IMG/VR virus record: IMGVR_UViG_3300029506_000018
Coordinates: 1 to 37,963 of that record
Strand: one strand, 5' to 3'
Length of the DNA: 37,963 nt
DNA from: a virus
The translations under genes were made by a program, and so were the position numbers. The notes under the pieces are model-generated. The model made no database searches. It saw only the letters and a program-made list of their open reading frames with translations, and was not told the DNA's origin. Of this stretch, positions 1-6,662 are shown piece by piece. How positions within the stretch are numbered: the first letter of the stretch is position 1; each line of letters opens with the position of its first letter.

Positions 1-99
1 GCTTTCACAGGAATTATCAACAATTCTGACGCTTTAACCACATTTAGTACTGTTACATCTAGTAATAATCCACAATCGCATATTACGTAATCGTATTTA
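1..99. repeat. Terminal overlap: 1..99 is identical to 37865..37963 (circular closure; unit length 37,864 bp)
   Basis: Read directly at both ends (gctttcacaggaattatcaac...gtaatcgtattta). The overlap lies inside the parA reading frame, so it marks the linearisation point, not a biological end. Confidence 0.9.
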
Positions 100-452
100 T
101 TGTGGATAGCTTCTGAATTAAGCATCTCTTCGATTCGATCTATCTGATTATCCATGCTGTATAATAGCTGAGCATTTGCCTGCATGAGCCACATATTTGC
201 CGGGATAATGTCCACGTTCTCATACCGTGTGTGCCTGATCGTCTCTTCTACGCTCTGCTGTTCTAATAAGATTCCTGCGAGTCCTTTTTCATTTGGTTCA
301 TAGACTCCCATCGTTCTGGAAGCATTACCCTGTGCATCTGCATCTACCATTAGTACTTTTTTCCCGTATCTTCCCAGGAGATACGCCAGTGACGTTGATG
401 TAGTCGTTTTCCCGACTCCACCTTTTAAATTTCCAACTCCAATTACTTTCAT
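1..452 (-). CDS. parA: ParA/Soj-type partition ATPase, N-terminal part (continues at 37495..37864 across the junction; about 273 aa in total)
   Basis: ATG at 452..450, GGAGG at 460-464. Translation is MKVIGVGNLKGGVGKTTTSTSLAYLLGRYGKKVLMVDADAQGN..., containing the deviant Walker A KGGxGKT. The frame runs off base 1 and joins ORF 37495..37905 through the 99-bp overlap. Confidence 0.85.
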   Translation of the reverse strand, partial: MKVIGVGNLKGGVGKTTTSTSLAYLLGRYGKKVLMVDADAQGNASRTMGVYEPNEKGLAGILLEQQSVEETIRHTRYENVDIIPANMWLMQANAQLLYSMDNQIDRIEEMLNSEAIHNKYDYVICDCGLLLDVTVLNVVKASELLIIPVK

Positions 453-476
453 GGTTTTTCCTCCTAATATGGCTAT

Positions 477-704
477 TTATTCTTTTGCTTTTCTTTTTTC
501 ATCTTCTACCCAGTTTATGAATTTCTTTTCGCATTCCATACAAACATCATATCCTTGTCTGGTTCTTGCAGGCCCATTGGTAAATGTGCTTTTCTTTACT
601 TCTATTCGATAATATGCGTTTTTTTCTCTACTAAGAATATTAGGATTTGACACTAAATACGGCATAAAGAATGTTCCACATATATCGCATTTCCTTGCTA
701 TCAT
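477..704 (-). CDS. Small zinc-ribbon protein, function unknown
   Basis: 75-aa ORF with CDIC...CMEC cysteine pairs, packed tightly between neighbouring genes. Confidence 0.6.
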   Translation of the reverse strand: MIARKCDICGTFFMPYLVSNPNILSREKNAYYRIEVKKSTFTNGPARTRQGYDVCMECEKKFINWVEDEKRKAKE

Positions 705-896
705 TTATCGCTCCTCTTTCTTGTAATCGGTTTCTTTGTAAAACCTCATTTCTGTCATTATGCTTCCTGGTATCCTTTTCACTTCTACCTTGTATCCTTT
801 TTCTGTAGCTTTTTCGATATATTCTTCGACAGACATTACTTCTTCCATCTTGTCCGAATAATCTAGCATTCCTATCACTTTGATTGTTTTTGCCAT
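705..896 (-). CDS. Hypothetical protein
   Basis: 63-aa ORF abutting its neighbours on the same strand. No motif recognised. Confidence 0.5.
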   Translation of the reverse strand: MAKTIKVIGMLDYSDKMEEVMSVEEYIEKATEKGYKVEVKRIPGSIMTEMRFYKETDYKKEER

Positions 897-899
897 TTT

Positions 900-1346
900 T
901 TACTCCATTTCTGCCATTGTTTTAATTACCTGATTATTCTCGATCGGCATGGCATCCCATTGATTCAGTTTTACATATTCTTCGATCACTTTGAGCGCGA
1001 TCTCCTGACTGTAGCAGACTGCAACGAAGTTTCCATATTCTGCTGCCTGTTTTAAAAAATCTTTCTGTTCCTTTTGTAGTCTCCCATCTCCGTATTTCAT
1101 TTCGATGTATAAACTTGCGTACTGTCCTTTTGGCACTGGAAGGTGCAGATCTGGTACGCCTGCCTTTACTCCCTGCCGTTTCAAGACTGCTGCACTTACG
1201 CGATCACGTTTTCCGCCATTTGGGCAGTGATGCAATAGTTTCAGCTCAGGATATCTATTCTCCATAAACTTACAAATTGTAATCACTGCTTCTTGTTCAC
1301 TTGCTTCTGTTCTTAGCATGTACTGTTGTCTTCTCGCTCTACTCAT
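900..1346 (-). CDS. VRR-NUC domain nuclease (PD-(D/E)xK fold)
   Basis: GVPDLHL ... LYIEMKYG motif pair typical of VRR-NUC. GGAGGG RBS upstream. Confidence 0.75.
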   Translation of the reverse strand: MSRARRQQYMLRTEASEQEAVITICKFMENRYPELKLLHHCPNGGKRDRVSAAVLKRQGVKAGVPDLHLPVPKGQYASLYIEMKYGDGRLQKEQKDFLKQAAEYGNFVAVCYSQEIALKVIEEYVKLNQWDAMPIENNQVIKTMAEME

Positions 1347-1349
1347 TCT

Positions 1350-1577
1350 TTACCCTCCATCATCTATGTGCCAGGATCTGCATCCGTTTTGAACTAGAAT
1401 GTACTCCATATACGGATATCCTGTTGCTGTGTATCCTTTACGTACACCGCCGTTCTCTTCATCGTGTCTTTTGTCGATATAGTAACCTTTTTGGCTCTTT
1501 GCGTCCGTTCGAAAGAAATCTCTTTCCCATATCAGTTCTTTCTTTATGATCGGCTGTTTCAGATTACGCGATGGGGG
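1350..1577 (-). pseudogene. Out-of-frame 3' continuation of the Rep-like gene (about 70 codons with no start codon of its own)
   Basis: The frame +1 relative to 1564..2112 reads ...PSRNLKQPIIKKELIWERDFFRTDAKSQKGYYIDKRHDEENGGVRKGYTATGYPYMEYILVQNGCRSWHIDDGG*. It ends at the RBS of the next gene. The two frames meet at a G5/C5 homopolymer at 1573-1577. Confidence 0.45.
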
Positions 1578-2112
1578 AGTATGTCTTACCTCCGTACTTC
1601 TCCATCTTCTTTCTTCCTTTTTCTTTCACGAGATAGGCGGCTAACTTTCCGTATTGGCCAGTACCATCAAGTAGCCGAATATCTATTCTCCCACGATCCC
1701 AACATCTTTTGATTGCTTTTGGCTCTATGCTTTCCAGTACCATGTGGATATGCCTTGCACCTTTGCTTCCTGTTTCAAGTACGTATATGTATTTCAATTC
1801 TCTTCCTTGCTTCTTGTACTCTTTTCTTAGATCTGCGATCAGCTTGTTCTTCTGCTTTACCAGGTCTTCATATGTGTCTGGTCGTTCCTCTTTCTTGTAG
1901 GAAAACGTTACGAACATATCTCCTTCCTGGAAGTTACAGTTCAGCTTCCATCTAAGCTGTTCTGTCTGCTTTCTTATATTCACATTCTCCTGTGTCTCTC
2001 TTGTTGGTTCTTCTCTTTTAATTCTCTTTTCTTTCGGCTTATGTCTTCTGCTGTAGTACTTTTTTACCTCTTTGCACTTACCTGCGTATACTGTTCTTAT
2101 CCAATATGGCAT
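1564..2112 (-). CDS. Small HUH-type Rep-like protein (rolling-circle initiator motif layout), apparently truncated by a frameshift
   Basis: Ordered motifs FVTFSY (motif I-like), HIHMVL (HUH) and AAYLVKEK (YxxK-like). The ORF stops just after a C5 run. Confidence 0.6.
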   Translation of the reverse strand: MPYWIRTVYAGKCKEVKKYYSRRHKPKEKRIKREEPTRETQENVNIRKQTEQLRWKLNCNFQEGDMFVTFSYKKEERPDTYEDLVKQKNKLIADLRKEYKKQGRELKYIYVLETGSKGARHIHMVLESIEPKAIKRCWDRGRIDIRLLDGTGQYGKLAAYLVKEKGRKKMEKYGGKTYSPIA

Positions 2113-2241
2113 TGGTCCATCTTCCTTTCTTGTACTGTCTACTTTATGTATTAGTATTTATCTAAACTTAATACTTTTATCGAGTCATAAAAGCGGTTTG
2201 AATCCGCTTATTTCCTTGCTTTTTCGTTTTTAATTTGCTAT

Positions 2242-2269
2242 ACTATATTTGTGGTTTTTTAATCCACAA
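2242..2269 (-). promoter_or_regulatory. Promoter-like element (TTGTGG-16-TATAGT) overlapped by the inverted repeat TTGTGG-N9-CCACAA, upstream of the Rep-like gene
   Basis: Hexamers and the 6-bp inverted repeat (2249-2254 / 2264-2269) read directly. Confidence 0.3.
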
Positions 2270-2280
2270 TATGACATTGA

Positions 2281-2316
2281 AAAAGCATCCCGATTTACTG
2301 TTCCGGGATGCTTTTT
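2281..2316. terminator. Bidirectional intrinsic terminator hairpin
   Basis: The 12-bp stem aaaagcatcccg / cgggatgctttt has T-runs on both strands. It overlaps the stop codon of the 58-aa ORF. Confidence 0.6.
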
Positions 2317-2471
2317 TCTTTTACCATTTCTTTCAATCTCTCCGGATCATCACATATGTCCTCATATCTTCCGAGCTTGTCCACAATATCCCCAATTGCA
2401 CAGTTATTATCTACACGGATTAAGGACGCTCTGTATGTATAAGATTTATAATTTCTCATCGTTAATCTCAT
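2295..2471 (-). CDS. Small hypothetical protein (58 aa, below the ORF-track cutoff)
   Basis: AAGGAG RBS 6 nt before the ATG at 2471. Translation is MRLTMRNYKSYTYRASLIRVDNNCAIGDIVDKLGRYEDICDDPERLKEMVKEKSIPEQ. Confidence 0.45.
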   Translation of the reverse strand: MRLTMRNYKSYTYRASLIRVDNNCAIGDIVDKLGRYEDICDDPERLKEMVKEKSIPEQ

Positions 2472-2481
2472 CTTGATCTCC

Positions 2482-2931
2482 TTATTCTAAATGCCGTCTG
2501 ATCGTTATTGGGCGTTCACGTAGCTCGTTGGCATTCTCTTCATTCATTCCGCAAAATTCCATTCCGTCTAATCCTTCTTTCATTCCAACGATCAGAACAT
2601 TCCCATTGATCGGATGCTCATAAACATCTGTTTCGTACAGATATGAAGCAATTGGATTGATCTGCGCCGTTTTATGATACAAATATTCTTCATCTACAAG
2701 CATTAACACTGGATACTGTTCTTCTGTTAGTGTGTATAATCTCTTTGGATACACAACTTCTACAATTTCACATTCTTTTCCTATTAGCTCGTAAAACTTA
2801 TGTAGCTGCTCCATATTCGTTCCTTCTGGATAATCAAGCATCAATACTTTATCGCTCATATTTTTATCATCAAAGATGTTAATATTTGCTCCATCCTTAA
2901 TCAGAATCATTTTCCCTGTCTTATCACTCAT
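2482..2931 (-). CDS. DUF3846-like protein
   Basis: LVDEEYL...INPIAS...HPINGNVLIVG pattern resembles DUF3846, as recalled from memory. Confidence 0.5.
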   Translation of the reverse strand: MSDKTGKMILIKDGANINIFDDKNMSDKVLMLDYPEGTNMEQLHKFYELIGKECEIVEVVYPKRLYTLTEEQYPVLMLVDEEYLYHKTAQINPIASYLYETDVYEHPINGNVLIVGMKEGLDGMEFCGMNEENANELRERPITIRRHLE

Positions 2932-3388
2932 TTTTTGCTCCTTTACGCATATCTACGATCATCAATTTTCCTACTATTTCTTTTTGATCAAGCTCCAAGA
3001 TATACCTATCTTTAAACTCTATATAATTAATCAGCTCATCTGCCATTCCTATAGCAGAGCCTTTCTTTACATGTTCAATGTTTCCATCTATATATAATTC
3101 ATTTGGAATCACAGTTTTTTGATATACTATTTTAATATTTTCCAGTATTTCAACTGCTTTTCTCATTGCAGAGATTGTCGGATTTTCATCCAGCAAATCT
3201 CCTCCCATTATTCCATGCATCTTCATTTGCTTATCATATCTTTCGAGATTGTTTTTCAGCACGCTCACAGCTGTACTGACATTCATCTTGCTTTCTTTGT
3301 TCCTCTCGTGATATAATTTATATGAATTTTTATTTGTGCCTTGGAAGTTATTAGAACTGCTTCCTTGGCCTTTTTTATTTTCACTCAT
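2924..3388 (-). CDS. Hypothetical protein
   Basis: 154-aa ORF with an ATG at 3388 just after an in-frame GTG. It overlaps the next gene by 8 nt. Confidence 0.65.
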   Translation of the reverse strand: MSENKKGQGSSSNNFQGTNKNSYKLYHERNKESKMNVSTAVSVLKNNLERYDKQMKMHGIMGGDLLDENPTISAMRKAVEILENIKIVYQKTVIPNELYIDGNIEHVKKGSAIGMADELINYIEFKDRYILELDQKEIVGKLMIVDMRKGAKNE

Positions 3389-3485
3389 CACTATTTTTTC
3401 TCCTCTCTATACTTGTATGTTTTTATTGTTGTTGAGTCTTTTAGTGCTTCTTGTACTTTTTTAGCCATTTCTTTTCCTGTTTCAT

Positions 3486-3707
3486 CTAGCCCCCCTGTTC
3501 TTCTAAGAGATCTGCGACATATCTTAATACTCCGATCGTGATGTGTACTGTTGCATCACACAATGGAGAAATGTAGTCGTTTACATTTTTTGCCGCTTCT
3601 ACGCATGCATCCTGTAGTATTATCGCCGATATAGGACCAGCTCCCATCTCCTTTAGTTTCATTGACAGTTCTATTTTTCTTAATAATTCTTCTTGCATTC
3701 TTCCCAT
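3486..3707 (-). CDS. Hypothetical protein
   Basis: 73-aa ORF on the operon strand. Confidence 0.55.
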   Translation of the reverse strand: MGRMQEELLRKIELSMKLKEMGAGPISAIILQDACVEAAKNVNDYISPLCDATVHITIGVLRYVADLLEEQGG

Positions 3708-3735
3708 TTTATGCTTGTCCTTTCTGCCCGGAATA

Positions 3736-3867
3736 TTACCGGGCCCTTTTCTTTTCTTTTGCTCCGATGGCTCTGATCACTGTCAGGGCCATCATTTTTT
3801 TCTGCTCTGGTGTAAGTTCCCTTACTTCTTTATCATTGACGAATCTTCTTACTGTGTATCCTTCCAT
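3736..3867 (-). CDS. Small hypothetical protein (43 aa)
   Basis: AGGAGGG RBS, then MEGYTVRRFVNDKEVRELTPEQKKMMALTVIRAIGAKEKKRAR. The stop codon lies in a small hairpin. Confidence 0.4.
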   Translation of the reverse strand: MEGYTVRRFVNDKEVRELTPEQKKMMALTVIRAIGAKEKKRAR

Positions 3868-3912
3868 ACGTTTCCCTCCTTTCTTTCCAGTTTATTTATT
3901 CCTGCTTGTCTG

Positions 3913-4062
3913 TTATGCTGCATTCGTCGGATTCTTCTCGTCCATCTTCTGCCTTGCGATCAGGATGTCAATGCTTGCCTTTACAAGCATCATTGATTCT
4001 TTATCCAGTTTCTTTAAGTTTTCGACAGTTTCTTTCATTAATTCTTTTCCTTTGTCTGTCAT
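3913..4062 (-). CDS. First gene of the early (lytic) operon, 49 aa, function unknown
   Basis: The internal start MTDKGKELMKE... follows a GAAGGTGAG RBS. The longer ORF-track start at 4122 has no RBS and would make the left arm of the inverted repeat coding. Confidence 0.5.
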   Translation of the reverse strand: MTDKGKELMKETVENLKKLDKESMMLVKASIDILIARQKMDEKNPTNAA

Positions 4063-4086
4063 GCTTCTCACCTTCTTTCTTTTGTA

Positions 4087-4239
4087 CCGCAGATGAATTA
4101 ACACTCCGCCCGATTCATTCACATATAGATAAATAATTACAATGGGGAGGCTCCGCGTTGTTGCGGAGTTGAGATTTCTTTTTTAGGATGCATTCGGGTA
4201 ATTGCATCCTGATCAGGCGGAGTGTTAGTTCATCTGCTG
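4087..4239. repeat. IR-C: 24-bp inverted repeat (22/24 match) at 4087-4110 and 4216-4239 around a 105-bp segment, in the leader of the early operon
   Basis: Left arm is ccgcagatgaattaacactccgcc. The reverse complement of the right arm is cagcagatgaactaacactccgcc. Confidence 0.9.
4151..4184 (+). terminator. Terminator-like hairpin plus T-tract inside IR-C; works only on the plus strand in the current orientation
   Basis: Stem ctccgc-gttgtt-gcggag, extendable by 2 G-U pairs, is followed by ttgagatttctttttt. On the minus strand the matching hairpins are followed by A-runs. Confidence 0.4.
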
Positions 4240-4261
4240 CCTGTTTGCTTGTTTCTGTATA

Positions 4262-4281
4262 TCATTTTCTTGACTATGGTA
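4262..4281. promoter_or_regulatory. Operator-like 20-bp direct repeat, copy 1 (tcattttcttgactatggta), just downstream of the early-promoter -10
   Basis: Identical 20-mer at 4324-4343. Confidence 0.6.
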
Positions 4282-4283
4282 TT

Positions 4284-4312
4284 ATTATATCTACCTTTGG
4301 TAAGTTTGTCAA
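4284..4312 (-). promoter_or_regulatory. Early/lytic promoter with consensus TTGACA-17-TATAAT
   Basis: Minus-strand TTGACA at 4312..4307, a 17-nt spacer, and TATAAT at 4289..4284. It points into the early operon. Confidence 0.75.
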
Positions 4313-4323
4313 CTATTTTTCAT

Positions 4324-4343
4324 TCATTTTCTTGACTATGGTA
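4324..4343. promoter_or_regulatory. Operator-like 20-bp direct repeat, copy 2, overlapping the -35 of the repressor promoter
   Basis: Identical to 4262-4281. Confidence 0.6.
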
Positions 4344-4360
4344 AGATTTTGTGTTAATTT
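4332..4360 (+). promoter_or_regulatory. Repressor promoter (TTGACT-17-TAATTT with extended -10 TG)
   Basis: TTGACT at 4332-4337, TG at 4352-4353, TAATTT at 4355-4360. The GGAGGT RBS and ATG at 4388 follow. Confidence 0.55.
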
Positions 4361-4387
4361 ATACTTATCAGATTGGAGGTGAAATTT

Positions 4388-4777
4388 ATGAATACGCGTT
4401 TGCACCATTTAAGAAAAACATTAAAATTAAGTCAGGAAGATTTTGGAAAACGACTTGGCGTTACTGGTGCATCAATTAGTAGGCTAGAAAAAGGTGAACG
4501 TAACATCACAGAACAAATGATTTTGTCAATATGTCGTGAATTTAACGTTAATGAAAAATGGCTTCGACATAATGAAGGTGAAATGTTTCTTCCTTTTGAA
4601 GATGAAGTTGCAGAAATGGTCTCACAACTATTAGAGGTATCAAATCCTTTTTATGATTTGATCTTGGATATGATGGTATCTTTTAACGAGTTGGACGATA
4701 AAGGCAAGCAAGCTATTTGTGATTACACTGCTTTGCTTGCAGAAAGAATGGCAAAAAGAAAAAAGGAAGACGATTAA
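4388..4777 (+). CDS. cI-like XRE-family repressor (HTH only, no S24 peptidase domain)
   Basis: MNTRLHHLRKTLKLSQEDFGKRLGVTGASISRLEKGERNIT is an HTH_3 signature. The gene is divergent from the early operon. GGAGGT RBS present. Confidence 0.8.
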   Translation: MNTRLHHLRKTLKLSQEDFGKRLGVTGASISRLEKGERNITEQMILSICREFNVNEKWLRHNEGEMFLPFEDEVAEMVSQLLEVSNPFYDLILDMMVSFNELDDKGKQAICDYTALLAERMAKRKKEDD

Positions 4778-4887
4778 TCTTCCTTTTCGTTGTGATTGCT
4801 GATGATGATGTACAGCTTCTTCAGATACTCTTCGTCATCAATCATAGCGAGCATCTTTGTTATTTCTTTTTTATACCATTCTGACAT
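4774..4887 (-). CDS. Small hypothetical protein (37 aa)
   Basis: AAGGAGGG RBS, then MSEWYKKEITKMLAMIDDEEYLKKLYIIISNHNEKED. Its stop overlaps the repressor stop. Confidence 0.35.
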   Translation of the reverse strand: MSEWYKKEITKMLAMIDDEEYLKKLYIIISNHNEKED

Positions 4888-5118
4888 ATGTATACGCCCT
4901 CCTTTCTTCCCATTTGCTAAGGGTATTTGGAGCTAGCCATGCCAAATGGCTTTCTTTTCTCTGTATATCTCGATAAGCTTAGGGATAGTATAGCATAGTT
5001 TTGCACTCAAATGATCGTTTTTAGACATTCTTTAGAATTATTTATCATTTGTTTGTAATTATATACCTTTTTTTGGTATTTTTGAGGGTTTCCGCCGATA
5101 CGTTCGGCATGTCGAACA

Positions 5119-5331
5119 CTATGGTATAAATCGGCATGTGTAAAGGTCTTCTGGAGCTACATTCAATGCTCCAGCAAGTAGGCACAATGTATGAACCGTT
5201 GGATCATGACGTCCGTTTTCGATGTCATTTATCGTAGTTTTTCCTACGCCTGATAGTTTTGCTAGTTGTCCACTACTTATGCCTTTATCCGTTCTGATCT
5301 TCCAGAGCCGATATTCAATTTCAACATTCAC
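5119..5331 (-). CDS. XRE-family HTH regulator
   Basis: GQLAKLSGVGKTTINDIENGRHDPTVHTL HTH motif. GTG start 7 nt after AGGAGG. Confidence 0.75.
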   Translation of the reverse strand: MNVEIEYRLWKIRTDKGISSGQLAKLSGVGKTTINDIENGRHDPTVHTLCLLAGALNVAPEDLYTCRFIP

Positions 5332-5419
5332 AGCTGTACCTCCTGGTTATTAGAGTGTACAGTATTACAATTTAATATTACTTTTTAAACAAATTCTTTT
5401 TGAATGGGGAGGTTTTCAT

Positions 5420-6475
5420 ATGGGATTTCGATTTAAAAAAAGTAAACAGATCGCTCCTGGTGTGCGTGTGAACTTTAACAAGAAAAGTACAAGCGTCACA
5501 TTCGGAGGCAAAGGAGTGCATCACACGATCAGCTCCAACGGAAAGAAAACCACAAGTGCTGGTATTCCTGGAAGTGGATTATATTATACTTCTTCTAATG
5601 GTGGCGGTGGTGGTTCCAGGAACAATGATGATTCCATCAGTTTTGCATCGGGTAGCGGAAATGGTGGTTCATCTGCTCCTGATCCTGGTAATGATAATGG
5701 AAATAAGAATAAAAAGAAGTCTTTCAAATATCTTCTTTATTGTGCAGCTATTGTTGCTATTCTTTCCGCTTGTACTAGTCATAATCTGATCAGTGCTATC
5801 ATTTGTATTCCAGTATTTATTTATTTCTGGAAACACAAAGAACTTGAACGGCGTAAATACTATTTAGGCATTACTGCATTTTTATTTGTAGCCTGCCTTG
5901 TATTTCTCGGTCCAACGTACATCGAAGCTATTTCTGTTAATTCAGATAAATCAATTGTGATGGATATTAATTCTAGCAAAAAGATTTCTTATAGTATCGA
6001 TCCTGAAGATGCAGATTCTGATGGATTAAAAATCGTATCATCCGATTCCGGCATTGTATCGCCTAATTTAAAAAATCATAGCTTTACAATCAAAACCAAA
6101 TCCAAAACCGGAACCGCTACAATATACCTTAAAGATGATAATGCAGATGTCACGAGCAAAAAGATAAAAGTAACCGTTGAAGATAAAAAAGCAATTGCTG
6201 AAGCTAAGAAAAAGGCTGAGCAAGAGAAAAAGAGAAAAGCTGAAGAAGCTAAGAAGAAAGAACAAGCACGTATTGCTGCTGAAAAGAAAAGGGCTGAAGA
6301 AGCCAAGCAAGCAACCGAGCAAGCTGCAACTAAAAAAGAGGAAATAGTGTGGGTGTCCAACACTGGATCTAAATACCACTCCAATCCAAATTGCAGCAAC
6401 ATGAGGAATCCGATCAAAGAAACTCTTTCCGACGCAAAGAGCCGCGGACTCTCTCCATGTAGTAAATGTTATTAG
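5420..6475 (+). CDS. DUF4236-like N-terminus, low-complexity G/N/S linker, transmembrane helices, Ig-like segment, K/E/A-rich coiled coil, and a Cys/His tail
   Basis: MGFRFKKSKQIAPGVRVNFNKKSTSVTFGGKG is DUF4236-like. Hydrophobic runs are LLYCAAIVAILSAC and ITAFLFVACLVFLG. The tail reads GSKYHSNPNCSNM...LSPCSKCY. Confidence 0.75.
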   Translation: MGFRFKKSKQIAPGVRVNFNKKSTSVTFGGKGVHHTISSNGKKTTSAGIPGSGLYYTSSNGGGGGSRNNDDSISFASGSGNGGSSAPDPGNDNGNKNKKKSFKYLLYCAAIVAILSACTSHNLISAIICIPVFIYFWKHKELERRKYYLGITAFLFVACLVFLGPTYIEAISVNSDKSIVMDINSSKKISYSIDPEDADSDGLKIVSSDSGIVSPNLKNHSFTIKTKSKTGTATIYLKDDNADVTSKKIKVTVEDKKAIAEAKKKAEQEKKRKAEEAKKKEQARIAAEKKRAEEAKQATEQAATKKEEIVWVSNTGSKYHSNPNCSNMRNPIKETLSDAKSRGLSPCSKCY

Positions 6476-6662
6476 ACAAATAAAAATACCGCCTAGCTGG
6501 TAACTAGACGGCATTTAAAGAAAACCACTTGCACCTGTTAAGTTAACAGATGAGTACTTTTCCCTCGCAAGTTTAAGTATATCATTTTTTCTTGACACTT
6601 CGCAAGAGGTGTATTTTTTGTACCAAATTTTAATATTTTGTAAAAAGGAAAAGGTGATTACT

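Noticed and set aside
1-99. 99-bp direct terminal repeat as genuine phage terminal redundancy
   Set aside because: It interrupts the parA coding frame, which is continuous across the join. The packaging genes (HNH/terS) are about 7 kb away. It is interpreted as an assembly overlap from a circular template.
63-2271. DnaA-box-like 9-mers (TAATCCACA at 67-75 and 2263-2271, TGTGGATAG at 102-110) as a DnaA-dependent origin
   Set aside because: Each matches the consensus at only 8 of 9 positions. Two of the three are inside parA coding sequence, and there is no cluster or adjacent AT-rich unwinding element. The frequency is compatible with chance in AT-rich DNA.
6535-6549. 15-bp dyad CTGTTAAGTTAACAG upstream of the serine recombinase as attP
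   Set aside because: It is plausible by position, but the dyad is short and AT-rich, and a circular contig offers no attL/attR comparison. This cannot be supported from the sequence alone.
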